A stretch of 64,000 nucleotides of DNA from Nymphaea colorata (Eukaryota): assembly GCF_008831285.2 (NCBI RefSeq), contig NC_045138.2, forward strand, positions 15,748,001 to 15,812,000. Reading direction: 5' to 3'. Made by a program: the position numbers and the translations under genes. The first letter of the stretch is position 1. Each line of letters begins with the position of its first letter. The notes beneath the pieces are model-generated. The model worked only from the letters and a program-made list of their open reading frames with translations, was not told the origin of the DNA and did no database searches. Shown here piece after piece: positions 42,926 to 57,104 of this stretch.

Positions 42926-45924
42926 ATGGCCATGAGAGTTGCTTCTTCCGGTGGCAGATTAGGATTCCGGCCGATGATGGAGAGGGCAGCGAGAGGCGGG
43001 CGTTACTTCAGCGAGATGAAGGGCAAAGTCCTCAGCGACGAAGAACGGGCGGCTGAGAACGTTTATATTCAGGTAAATTGGTTCGCAAAATTAGCGTCTT
43101 ATCGCCGTTATCTAGTTCGTTTTGGTTTCTCTAGCCTTCTTCGATGTCGATCGTTGGTTATTGAAGGATCTTCGTGTTGTTTTTGCTTTTGGGGTGAGAA
43201 GAAAATGGAGAGGGAGAGGATGGAGAAGCTGAAGCAGAAGGCTGAGAAAGAGAAGCACTCGGAGCAGGAGAAGAAGGTATGATTTCTTTTATCGGGATTA
43301 TTACATTGTCTGTGAACCGTATGCTTTGTTATGTGGAATTTCTGATCGGATTCCATTTTCCGGGCATCGAATTTTGCTTGTGGTGCCGTCATTGTATCTT
43401 TGTTGTTCCTCATCTTCTTGTGAGGGGATGGATTCATTTGCGAAGTTTGGGATTGGGTCATGTATTTTCTTTTGGATTTGCTATACCTGTTCATTGTTTT
43501 GTTTGTTGACGTTGCATTTCTGAGGCTGTCTTTCTCCTGGGTCTACTCTTAGTTTTTCTTTAGCAACTCAGTCTTGCCTCACTGCACAATTCCACTGCCT
43601 TCACCTATCTTGTCCTGGGGTTACTCTGATGATCAAATGAGATTATTAATTCTAAGCTGGCCAACCTTTTTATTAAGGGTATACAATATGTTTTCAATGT
43701 TTAGCTGATTTCATATAGCAATTTAGAGAAAAAAATCGCTTGTCTCATCAGGGAGGCTGTGTGGAAGATGATCAACGGTCATTTTTGAATGCTGAATTCG
43801 AAGTTAATAATGATAAAAACCTTTTGGATAATATTGGAGACCGATTGAGAACCGGAGGGGCCAGGGGGGACCTGATGATGCACCAGATGAATCAGGGGAT
43901 TTCTCAAGAGCTGGAATGGGGGCTTAGTTAAACAGGAATGAAATCATAATTATCATCTAAGTCGAAAGTTCATTTGGCATGTTGGAAATCATAATTACGG
44001 ACTTTTCTTTGTATGAATTTCATTTTGTGCTTTGAAGCTTTATGTTTGTCATGATTTTGTTAGAGACCAAGTTTACACATGCTCTGCAATTATATAATTG
44101 CTAATGCCTTTACATGATCTAGCATGCTAAGTCAATACCATGCGATGCAGAGTTGCAACTAAACCCAGAGCCAGAAAGACAGAATTTGGTAACACTTAGT
44201 TTGATTTCAAAGTAGTAAACAAAAGGAAAATATTTGGTTTGAAACCTGACTCCACATCATCTTCACGTAATATCCCCTAGTGGGGCATTATTAATCATAC
44301 CGCCAATGTCATATTTTAGAACGAATGCATCTGAATCCTTGTTCCTTGCTCGCCTGTTTCAAAAGTATCAGAAGTCGACTTAATTTAATGCATCCTCACA
44401 AATATCATTCTCGGGATTTGTCAGTGAGGTTTTTCTTAGTTATAAGTTTAGAAAGTTTTTTTTTTTTTTGAAAAAAACTGAGGAATTAAAATTTTAAAAA
44501 TATAAAGAGTAAGAACAAATTATGAAATTTTGAGGTTTTTACTATTTTTTTACAAAAACATTGTTAAGATTCAGAAATAGTTATTAAAATGTTAGAAAAA
44601 AACCAACAAATTTGAAATAGCTCTATGGACAAAAATATTGCAATAAAAACACTACGTTTTCATTTTTGGTGATATTTCCAAATTCTCGGGATTTGTCAGT
44701 GAGGTTTTTCTTAGTTATTAGTTTAGAAAGTTTTTCTTTTTTTTAAAAAAAAACTGAGGAATTAAAATTTTAAAAATATAAAGAGTAATAACAAATTATG
44801 AAATTTTGAGGTTTTTACTATTTTTTTACAAAAAATTGTCAAGATTCAGAAATAGTTATTAAAATGTTAGAAAAAAACCAACAAATTTGAAATAGCTCTA
44901 TGGACAAAAATATTGCAATAAAAACACTACGTTTTCATTTTTGGTGATATTTCCAAAGTATCGTAATTTTCTTCAAAATAGTTTGCCCTTACAAAAACCG
45001 AATGAAAGTCGTTTAGAAAGTATTAGGTGGTTTTGAACCTTCTATTAGGTCACTTGATTTTTGGCTTGTGAGGTTCTTGGTTGTGAGCTTCCAAACAATC
45101 ATAGGAGGTAACGAGGGGATTGGACAACAGAACGCTTTGAAGGATGGGCAAACAGACGATTAAAAGAATGCTGTCACTGACATATTATGATAATGAAAAT
45201 GGAGTATAAAATTGAAATAAATTAAATTTGCCATGAAAAGGGAGGCAGTCAGGGTGTAGGAGGCAGACACTTGTGGGCAACCGAAGTGCTACACTGAGAA
45301 CCATTAGAAACTCGGAGGGCTTTCATGAATGGCTAACTGGTGCTGTGTAATCAACTAAAAACTGGAAGCAAATGATGGACGGAATCATGGAAGTTGAGGA
45401 GAGAATAACAAATAAGAAGAGATTGACAAAAGCAAGCAATTGTTGGGTTTCATACAGTCAAATCAATGACGAAGTGGAAAGGTAGCTGGATCTGTTTGCT
45501 ATCGGACTGGTGTGCTTCCTGGCAGTTGATGAACTTAACATCTTAAGCATATGCAAATGGTCTTCCATTCCTTGCTGGTATTTTTATTGCTCATGGCTGT
45601 GGAGATATGAAAACAATGTCAACTTTTTAATTATATGCACATGGTCTTCCATTTAGTGCAAGCGCTTTTGATTTCCTCTTGACCTCATGCATCATTTCAT
45701 TGCCATTGTTTAAAATTTAATGTGAATACAAGGTTAAATGATCTATCATCTCAAAAGCATATATAGCATATCATTCCTGAATTACTTAGATGATGCTTAA
45801 CAGATGAATCATCTAACATATTTAATTAATTTTCCTGCTGGAAGTTTACAGTTTTAATCTGAACAATGCACTTACTTTTTCTTATCTTTGCCAGAAGCCT
45901 GCTGAAGAAGGTCACAAAGGCTAA
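42926..45924 (+). CDS. IF1: Mitochondrial F1Fo-ATPase inhibitor (IF1)-like small protein; exons 42926-43072, 43202-43276, 45895-45924
   Basis: Arg-rich presequence ending RYFS, then KGKVLSDEERAAENVYIQKMERERMEKLKQKAEKEK, the conserved plant IF1/At2g27730-family motif. The short last exon KPAEEGHKG* follows a good polypyrimidine-CAG acceptor but is less certain. Confidence 0.85.
44407..44956. repeat. Near-perfect 2 x ~275-bp tandem duplication in IF1 intron 2
   Basis: ATTCTCGGGATTTGTCAGTGAGG...TTGGTGATATTTCCAA at 44407-44681 and 44682-44956, with only a few substitutions or homopolymer differences. Confidence 0.95.
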
Positions 45925-48900
45925 TTTGTCCGATGAAGGCAATGCTCTGGGCAGGAGTTTGATCTTCCTATAAGCTCTATGAATGATTTTGTACATGATC
46001 TTTCTAGTGTTTTATGAATAAACTGTACATGATGTACGCAGTGTTGGTTGGCTTCTTTTGCCATATCCAACACTGTTGACTTGTAGCACTCAATTTTAAG
46101 TTTGTTTTCTCTGAATTGTGGGTTAAAATCCCTTTTCCATGGATACTTCTTCATTTGATAAAAACGGACATCAGGGGCTTTACCAGCAGGTAGTTCCTTT
46201 TGTGGAGGTGAAGCTCGTGTTAGAAACATAATAAAATGGCCTTGCGGTCAAAGTGGTGCCTAGTTTTACCAAGTTTTGCTAAAATTATACTTTTAGCTTT
46301 ACTCTGAGAGGTTAACGAGATTGAACCATCGCCATTATTTGTGAATGTGGTCGGTTTAGCTATTACTTGCAATCATGAGCCGAAAGAGCAAATGTAGATG
46401 TCCCCTTGTTGATCAGCGCTATGAAGCTTTAGTGAAACTTCACGAACGTAATATATGTTTGAAAAGGCTGGTGACTAGTTGCACACGAATCTTCTCTTAT
46501 GCAGACAGAGATTAGCGGCCTGGAGAAGATGGCTCTGGCTGCTCTGGAGAGGAGGAAAAAGCTCTGGAGAGGTCTCACCCTTACATGTAGATATGCAAAT
46601 CTTTTCTTGGTTTACTTCAGCAGAAGTGGTCGAGGTGCTTCTGTCGTAATTCTCTTGCTGTTTCTTTATAGCTTTTATTCTTTCGTTCATTCATTAACAA
46701 ATAGTAGGTAGGAGACATGACGTCCAGCAGGATGTTTTTGATTAGCGGTAATCCGGTTCTTTGTCAGCCAGAGTTTTCGGCATGGATGCTGCTGTACTGT
46801 GAACATATTAAGATGACAAAACTTATCGTGGAGTTTGGAAAGGACCTCATTTTACTGCTGCTTGTCTGATCATTTATTGAGTTGCGGAGAGAACCTATTA
46901 ATTTTCATTTCCTTGAACACAGTAATGTAAGAAACACCAATTAGGGTTGATTCAAAAGCCGTCCGATACCTGTTGGTTCTCTGTATTGATCTTGATTGGA
47001 GGATGTAAAGCATCTTTAGGAGAAAACGGTTGCATCAAGTGGAATTACGGAGGAAAATATGATTCAAGTCACCTCCACTCCCCTGTGTAATCTAACAAGT
47101 GAGGTCGCACTTCTGAACAAAGTGCACAGTCAACCAACTACAATAAGATCTTTTCTAGTTTGAAGACAAGAGAAGAAAAAAGAGAAAGAAAGAGTGAAAT
47201 GAATGCTTACTTGATTTTGGTCCTTGCTGTGAGGCCACTCGCATACAAATCCAAGATTCTCAACCTCCAGGAACATATTGTGAGGCAGTTTACATTCAAA
47301 TGGTGGTAGCGTAACATCTGCGCTAAAAGATGTATACTGAAGCCCAAGAACAAACCAAACCAAACCTTGAAGGGAGGTATGACCATAAAAGTTTAAAGCT
47401 TTTGTCTATAAAATCGTGATACATACACATTCCCTCTCCCACCTTCATTTTTTGGAGTTGGATCCAGTTGTAGTCCAGCATTGGATCAATGAAGGTGGTA
47501 ACTGGATTGAGTACTGAATATTTGGATCCAAATCACGTTGTGGACGCCCAGATGCGTGGCGTGGTGGACGGAGAAAGAACCCCACCCAATGTGGACCCGG
47601 AACCGAGGGGAGAGCACAAGTCGCTAGGGCTGCACAGAGCCAATTTGGACTCACTTATTCAAAATTACTCCACTCAAACTCTTATTGGTTTATAAATGGC
47701 TGGAGCTTGAGTTTAAATGTATATTCGAAACATTAGACGAGTTGAGTTTCGTGGTATAAAAACTAGACTTGTTTAAATTTGGTTGGGTTCAACTACATAA
47801 AAGTGGTTCAATCGTAGTTGAATTGGTAAATTGAGTTTACACTTAAAAAAAAAAACCTCATAAAAGTGAGACTTAGCCTAAAATGAACATAATACATAAC
47901 CTTTATAAAAATAAGACACCTCTCTTTTCTTCAAAAATGTTATTTGTTAGGCCTTAACAGTCAAATCATCATCTCTTCTTCTTCTTTTCATTGTTTTTTT
48001 TTATCACTGTTCTTCCTCCATGTTTGATTACTGTGACTATAAGATCTGTGGTGATCTCAGATCAAGATCCGCGGTTTTCAAATCAGACCTTCCGTTTCAA
48101 ATCCATGCTTTTTACGTGTGGATTTGAAATTCAAAGTAAAGATGGATGTACAAATCCACATTTTGATACAAGTGTGGATTTCAACTATTATAAATTTGAG
48201 ATTCAATGTTTTTGTGATCCATGAGAAATCAAACGTGCCTTGCGAATATGACTCTTTGGTAAAACAAACACATGCAGGAACAGGAAAAAACCCCCAAAAA
48301 AAAATTGACGGCACCTGAAGCAAAGGCCAATCCGCGGCAACAGGGAGTTGCTGACGTGCTGTCAACGGTGGAGCCACATGTCCTTGTAGAATCTCGACAT
48401 GAACATTGTTTTCGTTTGGTAAATGCTAATAGCATTGAAAATATATAAATGGGAAAAAGATTGTGTTGTTGCTGTTAATAATAACCTAGTTGTGCAAATA
48501 CTTACAAAACAAGAATATTTTAGATATATTATCATTTTCTTTACTTTGTTGGTTTTTGAAAATATCATAATTCACAATAAATTTACGGTACTTTGCCAAT
48601 ATTTATTATATTATCGTGAGATGGGTAGCCGTTGGATTCTAAATGCATTAAAAAAATTATTCCACAAAAAAAATGCAGTCAACAACATCATGTCAAGGGT
48701 GAGTAGGAGGTTTATAACCCACCATTGGTGTCATTAATTAAAAAATGTTCCAAATAATCGTGTGTGTCATATTGGCGATGTTTTAGGGTGTGTTTGATTA
48801 CGGGGTAAAATGCAGTAGAGGAGGAGAAATAGTACAATTTTTTTCTTTTTTCTTTCATCATCAAATGCAGGAAATCTTTTCCCCAGGAAAAAGGCTCATC

Positions 48901-49841
48901 TCATTGAAACCTAAATACCAACGGGTCTAAACTTTTACCCGCACCTCCCTCCGCTCCGCTTAGATGACCAATGTTGATGAAGAAGAGCATGGAGTAGGAA
49001 TTGGAGAAGTGAGTGTGGGAGGTTGAGAATCTTGGTAATGGGGTCGATTTATCTTTGTATATATCAGTGTGAATAGAAGCATTAGTCTGGATGAAGTAGA
49101 TCAAGCAAACACATGTTACCAAATAGTAGAACCATAAATTTTTTATGAGGTTGAATTATAGTTTCAAAATTTTAGTAGGTGCTGAAATATAATTTTTAAA
49201 ATTTTTATATAAGATGAATATATATATATATTAGTTTACATGTATTTTTTTTTTAAAGTAAGGGGTACGAACGGATCCGGATCGTAAGAATTAAAATAGA
49301 GCTAACACAACTATACTAGTGTACAACTTGCCGTTGACACGTGTGAAGGAGTCAACTTGTTGAGTTGGATATGGATCTAATTGATATCTGACCTGGATCA
49401 ACTTCAGATCGATCGATTGTAAAAAAAAACCGTGTTTTATTTGAAAAAAAAAAAGCATATAAACGCAAAAAACAAGTCAGCCGTATAAAACGTAAAAAAA
49501 AAAATGTGTTTTAAAAAAAAACACTAAAAAAAGCATATAATAGCCACATTATACATTTTTCCCTTTTTTTTGTTTTTTATTAATTTTTATTTTTTATAAT
49601 TTTTAAGATTTATTAAATGTTTTAAATTTTTTAAAAGTTTGCCGAGATTTTTCCGTTTTGTTTCCGAGATATAAAACTTTATATGCCCGTCTTTTTTCTT
49701 GCCGTATAATACCCATTCATATTTGACGAAGGAAACTGAAAGGCCCATGAAACCAACCTCTCCTTGCTACTTATAATATCCTTCCATTGCTTCCCTAAAT
49801 TTTTTTCCTGATCTTCCATTGTCTTCTATTTCTCTGTCCCC

Positions 49842-50003
49842 GTGGTCATCAGGTGGCGGCGGGCAGAAGACAAGCAACAACATGAAGACAAGCAACAACA
49901 TGTGGAGGCCGGAGTGGCACCACCACTGTACCCGGGGATGATGGGGAACCTGAAGCTTCGTTGGGAATTCATTCGGAAGATCTATTCCATCCTCACCGTG
50001 CAA
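49842..50003 (+). pseudogene. 5' fragment of a LIFEGUARD/BI1-like (TMBIM, Bax inhibitor-1 family) gene
   Basis: Translation VEAGVAPPLYPGMMGNLKLRWEFIRKIYSILTVQ matches the plant LFG N-terminal consensus (PLYP.M...LRW.FIRK.YSIL..Q). Similarity stops before the first TM helix is complete. I see no ATG and no downstream LFG exons. Confidence 0.8.
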
Positions 50004-50418
50004 TGCATATTGTCCTCACATGATTGATGATTGGATGCATCATACACATGATAATGCAAAACAAAAAAGTGCTTTGATGTGCAGCGTCCAAACTCAATTA
50101 TAAGCTAAACTCTTTTCAGATCACGAAGAACATTATAGTGAATGAGTGCCAATATTGTAAACCATAAGGTTCATTGCTGCCCATGATTCGTTAAAATGCT
50201 TTGCTTATATGAAGGTAGCAACGGATTTCTTCTCCATGCATGTGCTTTCTTTATCATTTTATTCCTTTATTTCCCTTGGTCACAGATTTGGTTCCCTCTC
50301 TACAGGTTGGTGTGTTATGATAATGGATCATATATTGGTGTTATTTTATAATTTAATTGGAGTTTAGTGCGTGTGTTTGAGCAAGTCTTCAGTAACCAAA
50401 TGAAACAGCTGATTTCTC

Positions 50419-50449
<31 letters not shown>

Positions 50450-51560
50450 CACGCACGGGCGAATGGTAATGGTTGTATAACTGCATTCGAATCATTGGTG
50501 TTGCTGGCAGCTGATTTCCTCCTTCAAGGTAGCATTTGATTAGTTGATGAAAGAAATGTTTGGCATTAAAATCTCTGGTATTTAATACTGGTTCATTTGT
50601 GGGGTGGAACAAAAAGTTCCAGGTTCCATAACCCCAACGTCTGCAAAATACTTGACATTTTTCATCCAGACATTATATTTTCATGTTCATTCAATGAGGT
50701 ATAAAAATTCGTTGTTGTGTCTTAACTGTTGAAAAAATTACTGTTCGAGCTAGCATTCCATCCATGCAATTTTGTAGGAACTTTCCATGATCAGTGGTAG
50801 AGCCACATGGTGACAGGTGTGGGCAACTGCCCACACCAGTCTCATAAAGTTTTTTTTATTTTTAAATAGACATCTTTAGGCCCCACGAGATATAAGTAAT
50901 TTTAAACGAATCCCTCTCCAACCAATCACTGCCGACAACAATATTGTAACTTTTGCACATGAACACCATATTTAATTACCTTAATTATAAAACAGAACCA
51001 ATCCCACCCCGCCACAAACTAGAAATTATCAATGGGAGAAAATTTTCACAATCAATTTAGCATAAATAATTACAAACTTTTCCATGCCATGCGAAAAGAA
51101 TTTCCAAGAAAGATTAAACAACAATAATAAGCCCGAATGATAAAACAGGAAGAATGTTTTATATCAAAATAGTTTTTGTAAGTATCTTAACATGTTTCTA
51201 TTTTATTCGAAATAATTTTTTGCGAAAAAAATTAAAGGGTCTAGTTTTTTTAGGAGCCAGACCAATAAGCCAGGGACAAAAACCAAGCGCATTAAATATG
51301 ATATTTAAAGTGATTAATGCAAAATATATATTAAGTTGATCATTTTTGTGTTTTTAATATGCAGATACAATTCTATATGATTTTAATTTGATTTCATCAT
51401 TTTGGTTTAACACATCCTGCATGTATAGATATATGCAATGTGCCCAAGTTTCAAACCTGAAAACAACCAAAATAAAGTGAAGTGAAGAAATATATATCTA
51501 TGTAGCTTCTTAACAAATAAAATTATCATGTTATTTGAAAGGGAAAAAAAAGGAGATTAA

Positions 51561-51935
51561 GGTAATGATGTCAACATATCCGATTTGGATTGGGGATATC
51601 CGACCAAACTGTTCAAAAAAAAAAAAAAGGATATGGAAAAAAATTTAATATTTGATTCAAAAATCGAATCAGATTCGGATTTGAGAAATGACATCCGATT
51701 AAATTCGGATACACATAAATGTCTGATGGGATTTAGATATGGATTTGGATTGGATTTATGTTTAAACAAATACCTTATATCTAATTCTCTTACATTTCGA
51801 ATGTAGGCCAAATTTGGTTAAAAATTTTGGATTTGGATGTTTACATAAAAAATTTGATTATGATTGTAAAATCGGGTTTGGAATTCAGATATGATTTTTC
51901 CTTGTTCGTACTTGAACCTGAATTTGAATTTGATT
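51561..51935. mobile_element. Degenerate MITE-like repeat of the same family as 56671-57104 (opposite orientation)
   Basis: Starts TAATGATGTCAA and is rich in GGATTTGGAT/ATATCCGA motifs. By eye it aligns with the reverse complement of ~56950-57104 (e.g. GATTTGAGAAATGACATC). The right end is not defined. Confidence 0.6.
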
Positions 51936-52661
51936 GCATAACCAAATGGCGTGATGTGTTTAATTTATTTAACAAATGAAGTTTTTAAAATACACCACTT
52001 AGGACACAAGAATGAACAGCTCACAATAGGGATCCCAAGAACAAGGGGAAGGAAGGAGGCTTTTGGCCTCTCACTCCAGTGGTAGAATTCTCTCCCACTC
52101 ACCCAAACGACTCAGAAAAGACATTTTTATTTTCAACAGAACATGGTTTCAAACATTATTTTTAAGAAGAAATTTAGTTGATTTTTGTTTATGCTATCAA
52201 ATTAAGTGATGCCGTTGACTAGGGTTCCAAATGAAATAGATCTAGTTTTGATGGCTTTGTCATTTTATATCGTACCATAGGGTGAAGTTTGGTGTGGGCA
52301 ATTGCCTACATGGAATAAAAAAGATACTTATTTTTATGTTGACATTTTAGGGTAATTTTTGTTATTTACAAGTTGATGCCCCTTAAAATTTAAGCATTAT
52401 TACTAGTGCTTCATTAACCAGAAATTTCTAGCTCCACCCCTGATTACATCCAATTCCAATCCAACCTCTACCATATTTAGCTAATTACTCGAAAAAATCA
52501 AACCCAATTTTAAACCCTTGTGGAGACCCCAGTTTCAAGGTTGATGAGATCAAGTGCCCCTTTCTCACGTATTTATGGGTTTTGTGTTAGGTTATTTGAT
52601 ATTCAAATTTTCTGTATTAACATGAATCTATCTTGATTTGGATTCGTACATTTGGACTGGG

Positions 52662-54137
52662 AACTCTATCGAAGCACTCTCGTTCTTGGCCAACTTCTTT
52701 TTATTGGTGCAAATTCTAGATAATTGTAGAGGTAACCGTAGCTGGTGGGCTTGAGTTTGTGTTTCCATAGACAATCTTAGATACAGTTTGGTATATTATT
52801 CTTTGCAAACCTATGGCAGATATTGTACCAATTACTGAAAATTTGAGAAATTCTTTTGATCATGAAATAAGTGCCTAGTTTTGAAGAAGGATTATGGATT
52901 CAAACAAAAAATGTGGTTAGACCAGTTTTTTTGTGATTTTTGATTTGGGTCGTGCATGCCTAGTCAATACCGTTTGATGTAAATCGTGTCCTGAATCATG
53001 AATATCATGACGATCGTGATTTAGGGCCTTCTATTCGAAAGGTGCATTATATCTATAAGTATTGGCCTTGCTGTCTTTCCAGTTTTTCTGTTTGTTACAT
53101 GAAAGAACCCATGCACATGATTCAATCGCTTGTGGATTTTGGTAACTTTGATTTGTTTCTTCTTCTCCTATGTCTCCCTCTCTCTAAAGTTTCAGAGATG
53201 GTCCTGAAATATCCCATTTTCGGCACCTTCCCTTTTAACTTTGCCATGAAAACAACTATTAGTATTAGGTTATGATTTTGAATATGGCGATCGATTGAGC
53301 AATTTTACCGGCGATAGAACGACCAATCGATTTGTTTGATGACGACTCCTTAGACCTTACAATGGGCAAAACAAGTGCCAACATGGTTGTATGTATGTTC
53401 CTTGACCCGCTGGACTAAGACATCTTGATCTTAGAGTGTGACGCTTGATAGGCTAAAGAAAAAGAAAGTTCTTCTTCTTGCGTCTGCCGACACAAATAAT
53501 TCATCAGGAAAAATCATAATCTAATAGTTGTTTTCATGGCAAAGTTAAAAGGGAAGGTGCCGAAAATGGGATATTTCAGGACCATCTCTGAAACTTTAGA
53601 GAGAGGGAGACATAGGAGAAGAAGAAACAAATCAAAGTTACCAAAATCCACAAGCGATTGAATCATGTGCATGGGTTCTTTCATGTAACAAACAGAAAAA
53701 CTGGAAAGACAGCAAGGCCAATACTTATAGATATAATACACTTTTCGAATAGAAGGCCCTAAATCACGATCGTCATGATATTCATGATTCAGGACACGAT
53801 TTACATCAAACGGTATTGACTAGGCATGCACGACCCAAATCAAAAATCACAAAAAAACTGGTCTAACCACATTTTTTGTTTGAATCCATAATCCTTCTTC
53901 AAAACTAGGCACTTATTTCATGATCAAAAGAATTTCTCAAATTTTCAGTAATTGGTACAATATCTGCCATAGGTTTGCAAAGAATAATATACCAAACTGT
54001 AAGTAGCAGAAAAAAAGTCTAAGATTGTCTATGGAAACACAAACTCAAGTCCACCAGCTACGGTTACCTCTACAATTATCTAGAATTTGCACCAATAAAA
54101 AGAAGTTGGCCAAGAACGAGAGAGCTTCGGTAGAGTT
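52662..54137. repeat. Long inverted repeat A: arms 52662-53279 and 53510-54137, spacer ~230 bp
   Basis: The arms are near-identical reverse complements, shown by the mirror ORFs 53042-53275 (+) and 53514-53741 (-). Differences are a few substitutions, a 6-bp duplication and a ~17-bp indel. Confidence 0.97.
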
Positions 54138-56670
54138 ATATCCGAATTCGACTTTTAAGTTATATCCAAATACATCCGAATCCAATTTATGACTTTTAAG
54201 CCATATGTAAATCTGATCCAAATCTGATTTATGTACGAAAAATATATAGTAAACATTAAATGAACTATGAAACCTAATCTTAACATCACACTAGCTCAAA
54301 CTTGATTGTCAAACTTCATTCTCTAATTCTGTTTTAAAACATTGAATCAATGCAAAGAGCTCCTGCTTTGGCTAATTATGTTGAGAATAAAAGCAAAACA
54401 GCAACTAGTAGTTCTGCAGGAGTTGTTGTGGAGAGAAAGCCCTTTCGGATCATTGCCAAACCTAAAAACATAGATAAGAAAATGTATGCTGTTATTACTA
54501 TGGCTACTACAAAAGACTGACCACAGAAATGCAGCAGATTAGAGGACGCAACCTAAGTCAAAGATCCTGTACATCGATGAAATGGTTACTGAAATCATGC
54601 AAGTCCCCCACCAAAGAATAAATAGTTCATGCAAGCAACACAGACGCGATGCATTTGCAAACAAATTTAAGGACACCCACAACTATCATCTTATGCAAAA
54701 GCATCTCACATGGCTTTTGCAGAAAACACAACTGTCAATGAGATGAGAGGCGAGTGAAACAGAATATTCTGGTGCAAGTCAATAATAAAAGGCCACATCT
54801 GAAAAACAATTGAATAAACACTACTAGTACGTGTTTATTTGCTTTAGCATGAGAAAAATCAATACTTCACATAATGCAAAAATGTTTAAAAGCCTCTTGG
54901 TATCAAGCAAATTGAGGACAACATAACTGGAACTCGTAAGTCTGAAGGAGAAATCTAACGTGAAAAAGAAGGGAATTCTTTGAATTTTTTTATAAACTAA
55001 TGGTGAAATTTTTCCCTGTAAACCAGCTCCCTTGATGTTGAAGCATGCGAAGTATAGTAAGAGAATTCCACAATATCCACGTCACACCAAATGCCTCCAG
55101 GACCCTAGACAAGAAAACTGGAAAAGAATCACTCTCAGGGGAAAAACTAAGACACACTAGTCATCATATAAGAACTATCATTCATGTTGACAGACACAAA
55201 AAGCCAAAAAGAAAGCCATTACGTTGTCTGCATGTTATACAACAGGAGGAAAAATCTGCCGAAGAACAGAGTTTCTATATCTAGGCCATGATGTGATTCA
55301 ATCATTCATTGGCCCTTCGATGATTAACGCTAAGGTTTTTAGACTTGCATAGCATCTTTAGCCGGTGATGCACTTGAGAAGTAGAATCCCCACCTGGGCA
55401 TTAACCAAATCAAATAACTACAGCTCCCAAAACGGCACCAACAAAAGCAAATGAATGCATAACCCAGGCGTCTTCCTGTATAAAACACACAATCAACAAT
55501 GAAAACTCCATACAATATTTATGGCATACGAATCTAAAAAACACAACATGGTACCATAAATTTAATACCTAAAACCCTTACATGTTATTATCCAAATCCA
55601 ACAACCTAAAACCCCAACATTGGCATGAATCGTATTCAATAATTAGAAACACCCAACTTGGCACTAAAAAAGTACGACGGCAAACCAATACTACAAGCTT
55701 TGTTGGCAAGACTTGCAATCCAACAACCATCGCCTGTTAACCCTTCCAGGAGATGAAAACTAATATGGCAGGTATGTCTCTGAGAGCGCCCTTCCTTATA
55801 AGAAACCTGACGGCGGTGCAACGCTGTATCGCCTTAATATCTTGCTGTGAGAGGCCCTGAAGGAGGGCGAAACAAGACAGGAGGATGCATATGGAGGCAC
55901 AGTACACTAAAAAAAACCAGACTTGATTGAACTGGATGGCCGCCTCAGCATAGACATGAGTACTATTTTGCTAAAAAATTATTTTAAATAAAAGATAAAC
56001 ATCCTAATATATTTATGAAAATTATTTTGATATAAAACAAGTTTTGAATCTGGTTGTTTTTATGAAAAATATTGATTTCTTTTACCAAAATGTTGATGCT
56101 TTGAGAGCAATTCATTTTTGCTTATTATAAAACACAATTACAAAAAAAAAAAAAATTCGACATACAATATATTGTACATCAGCCTAAGATCACATTGGTA
56201 AGATTAGATTTCAAAAAAACACTTTAAATATAATATTTAAAGGGATAATGAAGTAGGTCTATGGATGAATGCCCAATGAAGCTTGGATTCTCTATCATCC
56301 TTGTGAATAGTGGTGGTGCCTGGGGTGGATTTTCCATTTTATATACGTATCACCAGCTTGTTGAATTCCAATTGTCGATAAGATTTGTTTCTTTAATTAA
56401 AGACTAATAAATTATTTTTAATCCTATATTTTTTATTTCCAAGTTCTAATAAGATTTCTTTCCTAAATGAACAGATTCATAAATTATGTTCTATTCTTAC
56501 CATTCCATTCCCATTTTTAACAAGATTTCGTTCTTAAATGAAAATATTCATAAATTAACTTTTAGTTTTACCTTTATTTACTGTTCTAAAGGGCTTAATA
56601 TGGTTGTTTAAGCTTTTGGTGAATAAGGTCTTCCTTTATTAGCCAGCATTATATCTCTGTGGTGTATGAG

Positions 56671-57104
56671 TAGAGACGTCAACCGACAGGATTCAACACA
56701 TATATACCCTTAACCGTATCTGCTTTTGCATATATTTACAAACTCTCATTCTAATACGAACTAAGAAAAGTCACATCTGAATTCGAACCCGAAACCCAAT
56801 TTCGTAATCTGAATCTGAATTTTACATTTATAACCAAATCGGAATACCGAATTTGAGCAACTTTAAAAATGTAAGAGTATCAGATACAAGATGTATGTTT
56901 AAAAATAAATAATTCGATTTGAATCTGTATCTAACAGGATATTCATTTATATCTGAATCTGTATTTGAATCCAAGCAGATGTCATTTCTTAAATCCAAAT
57001 ATGATCTATTTTTTTAATTAGATAGTAAATTTTCCTTCATATCCAATTTTTTTGGAATGGTTCTGTTGGACATCTGATCCAAATCAAATACACTGACATC
57101 CCTA
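56671..57104. mobile_element. hAT-like MITE, 434 bp, aged
   Basis: Termini TAGAGACGTCAA and CTGACATCCCTA. The flanking 8-mers TGTATGAG and CATATGAG match at 6 of 8 positions, consistent with a decayed TSD. Internal AATCTG/ATCCGA motifs. Confidence 0.7.

Noticed and set aside
46504..46711. Possible alternative terminal exon of IF1 after TTATGCAG
   Set aside because: No family similarity, and a better-fitting terminal exon lies upstream. Cannot be supported without RNA data.
53491..53510. CATCAGGAA at the edge of the repeat-A spacer resembles part of a miR2118 target site
   Set aside because: Only about 9 nt are complementary and the rest does not pair, which is not enough to claim a phasiRNA trigger.
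53042..53741. Twin 75-77-aa ORFs on opposite strands
   Set aside because: A consequence of the inverted repeat, with non-ATG starts and no recognisable protein features.
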